This document shows positions 56,036-64,000 of a stretch of 64,000 nt of DNA, in pieces. The stretch is from Pseudonocardiales bacterium. GTDB taxonomy: Bacteria; Actinomycetota; Actinomycetes; Mycobacteriales; Jatrophihabitantaceae. The number at the start of each line of letters is the position of its first letter. The stretch's first letter is position 1. The position numbers and the translations under genes are program-made. The DNA lies in assembly GCA_032160665.1 (NCBI GenBank), contig JAVHVH010000129.1:6621-70620 (forward strand). The letters run 5' to 3'. Under the pieces are notes generated by a model. The model saw only the letters and a program-made list of their open reading frames with translations. It was not told the DNA's origin and ran no database searches.

Positions 56036-57418
56036 GTGACAGTCGAGGAGCGGACGGAGCCTGCTCCGCAGTCGATCTTCGGGAGTGTGCTGCGGCCGAC
56101 GAGCATCGGCCTGCTGATCCTGATCACGCTGATCGCCTTCGAGGCCATGGCGGTCTCGGCCGCGCTGCCGACGGCCGCCCGCGAGCTGCACGGCCTGGGC
56201 TCCTTCGGCTGGGCGTTCACCGGTTTCCTCGTCGCCAACGTCGTGGGAATGGTCGCCTCCGGCCAGCTCACCGACAGCCGTGGTCCGCGCCCGTCATTGA
56301 TCGCCGGCCTGGGGTGCTTTGTCGGCGGCCTCGTCCTGTCCGGCACGGCCACCACGATGGAACAGTTCGTCGCCGGGCGGGTCGTCCAGGGCCTGGGTAG
56401 CGGACTGATGATCACTGCGATCTACGTCGTGATCGGCGAGGCGTATCCGGAACGGCTGCGGCCGCGGTTGTTCGCGGCGACGTCCTCGGCGTGGGTGGTG
56501 CCGTCGCTGATCGGTCCGGCGGTCGCCGGCGTTCTCGCCGAGCACGCGAGCTGGCGTTGGGTGTTCCTGGGCTTGCTCCCCTTCGCCGCTGGTGGGGGAC
56601 TGTTGCTGATCCCGGTGCTCCGCTCGCTGCGCCCGGCCAGTGCCGCGAAACCGCTCGCCAACCCCTCTCGGTTGGTACGGGCGCTGGCCGTCGCGGCCGG
56701 GGTGGCCGGGCTCGAGCAGGCCGGCCAGCACCCGTCCGCCGGGTCAGCAGCGATTGGGATCGCTGGGCTCGTCGCGCTGGGTTGGGGATTGCGCACCCTG
56801 TTGCCGTCCGGAACCTTGCGCGTCCGTCCCGGCGTCTCGGCCCCGATCGCGATGCGCGGGCTGCTGGCCGGCGCGTTCTTCGGCATCGAGGCGACCGTGC
56901 CGTTGTCGCTGTCGGTCCAGCACGGGTTCAGCGCGACCGCAGCCGGCCTGCCGCTCACCTGCGCCGGATTCAGCTGGGCCGCGGGGTCCTGGTGGCAGGG
57001 CCGGGCGGACGACAGCGCCGGGCCCGGGGTCCGCATCCGGCTCATCCGCGTCGGGTTCGCGTTCCTGAGCGTCGCGGCCGTGGGGATGGCGCTGGCCGCC
57101 CGGCCCGAGTTGCCGGGGTGGCTCGCCTACCCGTCCTGGATGTTCGCCGGGCTGGGGGCTGGGCTCACGATGTCGAGTGTCAGCGTTCTTGTGCTCAAGT
57201 ACACGACCGACGCCGATCGAGGCGCCGATTCGGCAGCGCTGCAGCTGTCCGATGCCACCGCGAGCGCGCTGACGACCGGCATCGCCGGTGTACTCGTGGC
57301 GGCCGCAGCCCGTGGCTCCATCGGTGCGACGACCGGGTTCGTGGTGCTGGACGCCGCGATGTGCGCTCTGGCCCTGGTGGGGGTCTGCGTCGCGGGCCGG
57401 GCCCGTCCGGCGCGATAG
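56036..57418 (+). CDS. MFS transporter
   Basis: About 13-14 TM segments, LTDSRGPR motif A, GRVVQGLG. Confidence 0.88.
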   Translation: MTVEERTEPAPQSIFGSVLRPTSIGLLILITLIAFEAMAVSAALPTAARELHGLGSFGWAFTGFLVANVVGMVASGQLTDSRGPRPSLIAGLGCFVGGLVLSGTATTMEQFVAGRVVQGLGSGLMITAIYVVIGEAYPERLRPRLFAATSSAWVVPSLIGPAVAGVLAEHASWRWVFLGLLPFAAGGGLLLIPVLRSLRPASAAKPLANPSRLVRALAVAAGVAGLEQAGQHPSAGSAAIGIAGLVALGWGLRTLLPSGTLRVRPGVSAPIAMRGLLAGAFFGIEATVPLSLSVQHGFSATAAGLPLTCAGFSWAAGSWWQGRADDSAGPGVRIRLIRVGFAFLSVAAVGMALAARPELPGWLAYPSWMFAGLGAGLTMSSVSVLVLKYTTDADRGADSAALQLSDATASALTTGIAGVLVAAAARGSIGATTGFVVLDAAMCALALVGVCVAGRARPAR

Positions 57419-57470
57419 GTAGCGGAGCGCCGCCGCAGCGGTTTCCCGCCTCGCCGTAAACTCGGCGACA

Positions 57471-58649
57471 ATGCCCTACTTGGACCACGCAGCCACGACA
57501 CCCATGCTGCCCGAGGCGATCGCGGCCGTCTCTGAGGCGCTGGGTGCAGTAGGCAACCCTTCGTCGCTGCACGGTTCGGGCCGCGACGCCCGCCGGCGCG
57601 TCGAGGAGTCCCGCGAGGAGCTCGCCGCGGCCCTGGGGGCCCGGCCGTCGGAGGTCATCCTCACCGCAGGTGGCACCGAGTCCGACAACCTCGCGGTCAA
57701 GGGCATCTACTGGGCCCGCCGCGCCGTCGATCCGCGGCGGCGCCGCATCATCGCCAGCTCGATCGAGCATCACGCCGTTATGGACGCGGTCGAGTGGCTC
57801 GTCACGCACGAAGCCGCCGAGGTCACCTGGTTGCCGGTCGACTCCTACGGCATGGTCGCCCCGTCCGCGCTGCGCGCCGCGATCGAGACCGACCCGCACG
57901 ACGTCGCCCTGGTGACGACCATGTATGCGAACAACGAGGTCGGCACGGTCCAGCCCATCATCGAGCTCGTACGCGTCGCGCACGAGTACCACCTGCCCAT
58001 CCACAGCGACGCCGTGCAGGCCGTCGGCGCCGTCGCCGTCGACTTCGGCACGTCCGGCCTCGACGCGCTCACCATGACCGGGCACAAGCTCGGCGGGCCG
58101 CCCGGCGCCGGCGCCTTGCTGCTGCGTCGAGACATCGAGTGTGTACCGCTCCAGCACGGCGGCGGGCAGGAGCGGGAGGTCCGCTCGGGCACGCTCGACG
58201 TTCCCGGCGCCGTCGGGCTCGCAGCGGCCACGACGCTCGCGGTACAGCGCCGCGACGAGGTCGCCGCACGGGTGTCGGCGCTGCGCGACGAGCTCGTCAC
58301 CGGCGTGCTCGCGGGCGTCCCCGACGCCCGGGTGAACGGCCACCCGACCCGGCGACTGCCGGGCATCGCCAACCTGACCTTCGCGGGATGCGAAGGCGAC
58401 GCCCTGCTGATGCTGCTCGACGCCCGCGGCATCGAGTGCTCAACCGGCTCGGCCTGCTCAGCCGGTGTGGCGCAGCCGTCACACGTGCTCACCGCGATGG
58501 GCGCCAGCGCGGCCGAGGCCAAGGGTTCGCTGCGCTTCTCGCTCGGTCACGACTCGACGCCGGCCGACGTCGCCGCTGCGGTCGAGGCCATCGTCCCGGC
58601 CGTGGAGCGGGCCCGCCGCGCCGGCCTCACCTCGGTGGTGTCGTCGTGA
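57471..58649 (+). CDS. iscS: Cysteine desulfurase (IscS-like, mnmA-associated)
   Basis: [33 protein letters not shown]. Confidence 0.92.
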   Translation: MPYLDHAATTPMLPEAIAAVSEALGAVGNPSSLHGSGRDARRRVEESREELAAALGARPSEVILTAGGTESDNLAVKGIYWARRAVDPRRRRIIASSIEHHAVMDAVEWLVTHEAAEVTWLPVDSYGMVAPSALRAAIETDPHDVALVTTMYANNEVGTVQPIIELVRVAHEYHLPIHSDAVQAVGAVAVDFGTSGLDALTMTGHKLGGPPGAGALLLRRDIECVPLQHGGGQEREVRSGTLDVPGAVGLAAATTLAVQRRDEVAARVSALRDELVTGVLAGVPDARVNGHPTRRLPGIANLTFAGCEGDALLMLLDARGIECSTGSACSAGVAQPSHVLTAMGASAAEAKGSLRFSLGHDSTPADVAAAVEAIVPAVERARRAGLTSVVSS

Positions 58650-59761
58650 CCGAGCCGCGGTCGAAGACCACGGGCCTGCGCGTTCTCGCCGCGATGAGCG
58701 GTGGGGTCGACTCCGCGGTGGCGGCGGCCCGTGCGGTGGACGCGGGGTACGACGTGACCGGCGTGCACCTCGCCCTGTCGGCCGCCCCGGCGACGCTGCG
58801 GCACGGGGCGCGCGGCTGCTGCACGATCGAGGACTCACACGACGCGCGACGCGCGGCCGACGTCCTCGGCATTCCGTTCTACATCTGGGACCTCGCCGAG
58901 CGCTTCCGCGCGGACGTCATCGACGACTTCGTCAGCGAGTACGCCGCCGGCCGCACCCCCAACCCCTGCCTGCGCTGCAATGAGAAGATCAAGTTCTCGG
59001 CGGTCCTCGACCGCGCGCTCGCCCTGGGCTTTGACGCAGTCGTCACCGGCCACCATGCCCGGCTCGTCGACGGGCGTCTCATGCGTTCGGTGGACGCGGC
59101 CAAGGACCAGTCGTACGTGCTGGCCGTCTGCACCCCGTACCAACTCGCGCACGCGATCTTCCCGCTCGGCGACTCGACGAAGGCCGAGGTGCGGGCCGAG
59201 GCGGCGGGGCTCGGACTCGGGGTTGCCGACAAGCCCGACTCGCACGACATCTGCTTCATCGCCGACGGTGACACGCGCGGCTTCCTCGCCCGCGCCCTCG
59301 GCGCCCAGCACGGCCCGATCGTCGATGCGCAGAGCGGGTCCGTCGTGGGCACCCACGCCGGCTCGTTCGGCTTCACCGTCGGTCAGCGGCGCGGTCTCAA
59401 CCTGCAGCGTTCGGGTCCAGACGGCGAGCCTCGCTACGTCCTGTCGATCCGGCCCGTCGACAACACCGTGGTGGTCGGACCCCGAGAGCTCCTCGATGCG
59501 GACGTCGTGACGGCTGAGCGGGTTGTCTGGACCTCCGGCGCCGCGCCCACGGCGTCGTTCCCATGCGCGGTGCAGCTGCGGGCACACGGCACGACGAGCC
59601 CGGCAACCGTGACGGTCGAGGGCGACACGGTGACCGCGGCGCTCGGGCGCCCGCAGACCGGCGTTGCCGCCGGGCAGGCGTTGGTGATGTACGACGGCGA
59701 CGAGGTCATCGGGTCGGCAACGATCACCGCGGCCCGTCGCCTGGCCGACATGCCGGCGTGA
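58646..59761 (+). CDS. mnmA: tRNA 2-thiouridine synthase MnmA
   Basis: [44 protein letters not shown]. Confidence 0.96.
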   Translation: MTEPRSKTTGLRVLAAMSGGVDSAVAAARAVDAGYDVTGVHLALSAAPATLRHGARGCCTIEDSHDARRAADVLGIPFYIWDLAERFRADVIDDFVSEYAAGRTPNPCLRCNEKIKFSAVLDRALALGFDAVVTGHHARLVDGRLMRSVDAAKDQSYVLAVCTPYQLAHAIFPLGDSTKAEVRAEAAGLGLGVADKPDSHDICFIADGDTRGFLARALGAQHGPIVDAQSGSVVGTHAGSFGFTVGQRRGLNLQRSGPDGEPRYVLSIRPVDNTVVVGPRELLDADVVTAERVVWTSGAAPTASFPCAVQLRAHGTTSPATVTVEGDTVTAALGRPQTGVAAGQALVMYDGDEVIGSATITAARRLADMPA

Positions 59762-60744
59762 TCCGTCCCTGGCCGGCCGGTGCGGTCACCGGCGTCGGAT
59801 CGCTGCCGGGCACGGATCCGGTGGACGCCGCGGCCCTCGTCTTCGGCGAGCTGCCCGACCTGCCCCACCTGCCCGAGCTGCCCGACCGCGGACCGGGCGC
59901 GGACATGATCGGACGCGGCGCCGCCCTGCTCGTTGATCTGCCCGTCGAACTCGTTCCGTCCGGTTGGCGCATCGCGGCGCACCCCGGTCGCGACCTGCGA
60001 CGAGCGCAGGACTTCCTGGCCCGTGACCTCGATGCGGTCGAGGCGCAGGCGGCCGGCTTTACCGGCGCGCTCAAGCTGCAGGCCGTCGGCCAGTGGACCC
60101 TCGCGGCACATGTCGAGCTCGCCAACGGGCACAAGATCGTCACCGACCGCGGAGCGGTGCGCGACCTTGCCGCCTCGCTGGCCGAGGGCCTGCGCCTGCA
60201 CCTCGCCGATGTGTCGGGGCGCGTGCCGGGCGCCCGCCTGGTCGCGCAGCTGGACGAACCGTCCCTGCCCGCTGTCCTCGGCGGACGGGTACCCACTCCG
60301 TCGGGCTACGGAACGGTGCGCGCGGTCGATGCCTCGGTGGTGGAGCAGTCGTTGGGCGACGTGCTGTCGGTGGCGCCGGAGGGCGGACGGGTCGTCCACT
60401 GCTGCGCGGACGACGTGCCGATCGGTCTGCTGCGATCGGCCGGCGCCGACGCGCTGTCCCTCGACGCATCGCGGCTGCACCGGGGCCAGTACGACGCGCT
60501 GGGCGAGGCGGTCGACGCCGGCGTGAGCCTCTGGCTGGGCATCGCGGGGCCGGACGGCACGCTCGGCGCCGCGCGTCAGGCGATCCGGCGGTTGTGGTCC
60601 GACCTCGGTTTCGCACCGGGCGAACTCGCCGCCGGCGTCGTGCCAACGCCGGCCTGCGGGCTGGCCGGAGCGACACCCGATGAGGTGCGCCGGGTGCTGG
60701 CGCTCCTGCGCGACGTCGGCAAGAGCCTGCTCGACGAAGGATGA
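59758..60744 (+). CDS. Cobalamin-independent methionine synthase catalytic-domain-like protein (Rv3015c-like)
   Basis: [39 protein letters not shown]. Confidence 0.8.
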   Translation: MIRPWPAGAVTGVGSLPGTDPVDAAALVFGELPDLPHLPELPDRGPGADMIGRGAALLVDLPVELVPSGWRIAAHPGRDLRRAQDFLARDLDAVEAQAAGFTGALKLQAVGQWTLAAHVELANGHKIVTDRGAVRDLAASLAEGLRLHLADVSGRVPGARLVAQLDEPSLPAVLGGRVPTPSGYGTVRAVDASVVEQSLGDVLSVAPEGGRVVHCCADDVPIGLLRSAGADALSLDASRLHRGQYDALGEAVDAGVSLWLGIAGPDGTLGAARQAIRRLWSDLGFAPGELAAGVVPTPACGLAGATPDEVRRVLALLRDVGKSLLDEG

Positions 60745-60760
60745 CAGTGGTGCTCGATAG

Positions 60761-62905
<2,145 letters not shown>

Positions 62906-62998
62906 GTGTTCTGGCGCACAGGAACGGTCCGAATCGGCCTTATTCGCGGGTATTTCACAGGTCGATATGGAAAGAAGGTAAGGGTGGGATTCCCGGTC

Positions 62999-63865
62999 AT
63001 GGCGCTGCGGGGCCGGAGGTCTGCGTTAACGTCCCTCCCCGCGGCGCCCCGCCGATTCTCCTGGCGAGCCATCGCCTTCTGGATTTTGTTCGCCGCCTTC
63101 GTCCTGGTCACTCTCGGCGTGATCTTCCGGTCGCCGATCCTCAGCCTCGACACCGACCTCGTGAAGCTCGACCTGCGGCACCGCTTTCCCGAGTGGAAGC
63201 GCCCGATCCTCGACTACGTCATGTTCGGCCAGCGCGGTCCGGCCACTTTTGCCTTCCTGCCCTACTTCGCGTGGGTTGCCTGGCGCCGGCGGTCCATCCA
63301 GCCGCTCGTGCTGCTCGGTACGGCGCTGGTGCTGTTGAACGTCGGCGTCGGAATCGTCAAGATCGCCACCGGGCGGATCGGGCCGCGGAGTACCCAGCAG
63401 GCACACGACGTCTTCGCCGGAGGCAACATCTACCCGTCCGGCCACGTCTCCAACACCGTGGTGCTGTACGGCCTCATCGCGTGGATCGCGATCAACCATC
63501 GCAAGCTCGCCATCACCGCCGCCGCGTTCCTGTCGGTCACGGTGGGGCTCGGCACCGTCTACCTCGATACACACTGGTTCAGCGACGTCCTCGGCGGGTG
63601 GATCGCGGGTGGGCTGATCTTGCTCGCGCTGCCCACCGTCATGCCGACGACGCAGCGCTGGGCCGACCGCGCAATTGAGTGGTGCCGCAAGCGGTGGGTG
63701 CGCGGCCGCGAGCAACGGCGCATACGGGCCGAAGCGGTGCCGCGGTCACGGGCGAAGGCGATCCCCGGTCAGGGGAAGGTGACGCCGGTCAGTTCGGTCG
63801 CCCGGTCCCACAACTTCGCCGCCACGCCGGTGTCCTTCGACGCCTTGGACGGGCCCGTCCGGTGA
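62999..63865 (+). CDS. PAP2 family phosphatase (membrane)
   Basis: KIATGR..P, YPSGH, YLDTHWFSDV. Confidence 0.88.
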   Translation: MALRGRRSALTSLPAAPRRFSWRAIAFWILFAAFVLVTLGVIFRSPILSLDTDLVKLDLRHRFPEWKRPILDYVMFGQRGPATFAFLPYFAWVAWRRRSIQPLVLLGTALVLLNVGVGIVKIATGRIGPRSTQQAHDVFAGGNIYPSGHVSNTVVLYGLIAWIAINHRKLAITAAAFLSVTVGLGTVYLDTHWFSDVLGGWIAGGLILLALPTVMPTTQRWADRAIEWCRKRWVRGREQRRIRAEAVPRSRAKAIPGQGKVTPVSSVARSHNFAATPVSFDALDGPVR

Positions 63866-63999
63866 GGGTATCCGCGCAGCTCTCCGATGCCGTCCGGGCC
63901 GTAATAGTCCCCGCCTGACACGTCGGGCATCGTGGCCGCGTACAGCGTCGGCAGCGCGCCCATGGCGGCGCTCTGGGCCACGACCCGGTTGCCGAGTGC
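63769..63999 (-). CDS. Short-chain oxidoreductase, C-terminal part (gene starts beyond the right edge)
   Basis: GALPTLYAAT, GDYYGPDG...RGYP, AKLWDRATELTGV. Confidence 0.8.
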   Translation of the reverse strand, partial: ALGNRVVAQSAAMGALPTLYAATMPDVSGGDYYGPDGIGELRGYPHRTGPSKASKDTGVAAKLWDRATELTGVTFP

Positions 64000-64000
64000 C

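Noticed and set aside
63769-63865. 97-bp convergent overlap between the PAP2 and SDR genes
   Set aside because: The PAP2 tail is low-complexity read-through, common in high-GC genomes.

Overview
High-GC actinobacterial chromosome segment. No rRNA, tRNA, CRISPR array, transposase or phage gene is recognisable. The backbone follows the M. tuberculosis Rv3041c-Rv3014c gene order: ABC ATPase, enoyl-CoA hydratase, Rv3038c-like methyltransferase, Rv3034c-like acyltransferase, Rv3032-like GT4, Rv3030-like methyltransferase, etfB/etfA, cysteine desulfurase, mnmA, Rv3015c-like protein, ligA. These identifications come from recalled sequences, not a search. Accessory blocks interrupt it: a Flp/Tad pilus locus, a PAS-PAS hybrid kinase plus NarL-type regulator plus CAP-protein island, a NiCoT transporter with a Nur box, an RqlH-type helicase, a LAL regulator beside a secreted repeat/serine-hydrolase protein, a phenylacetate (paa) cluster and an LAXTG-anchored Ig-like surface protein. 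The best hunting leads are: (1) a candidate sRNA with two CCCCCGC loops and a terminator at about 23.77-23.91 kb; (2) the five-repeat beta-lactamase-fold secreted hydrolase and its LAL regulator; (3) a shared palindrome-plus-CAGAGT promoter in front of fabH and etfB; (4) a 59-bp palindrome inside the paaA 3' end; (5) dispersed methylglucose-lipopolysaccharide gene homologues. None can be proven novel without database searches.
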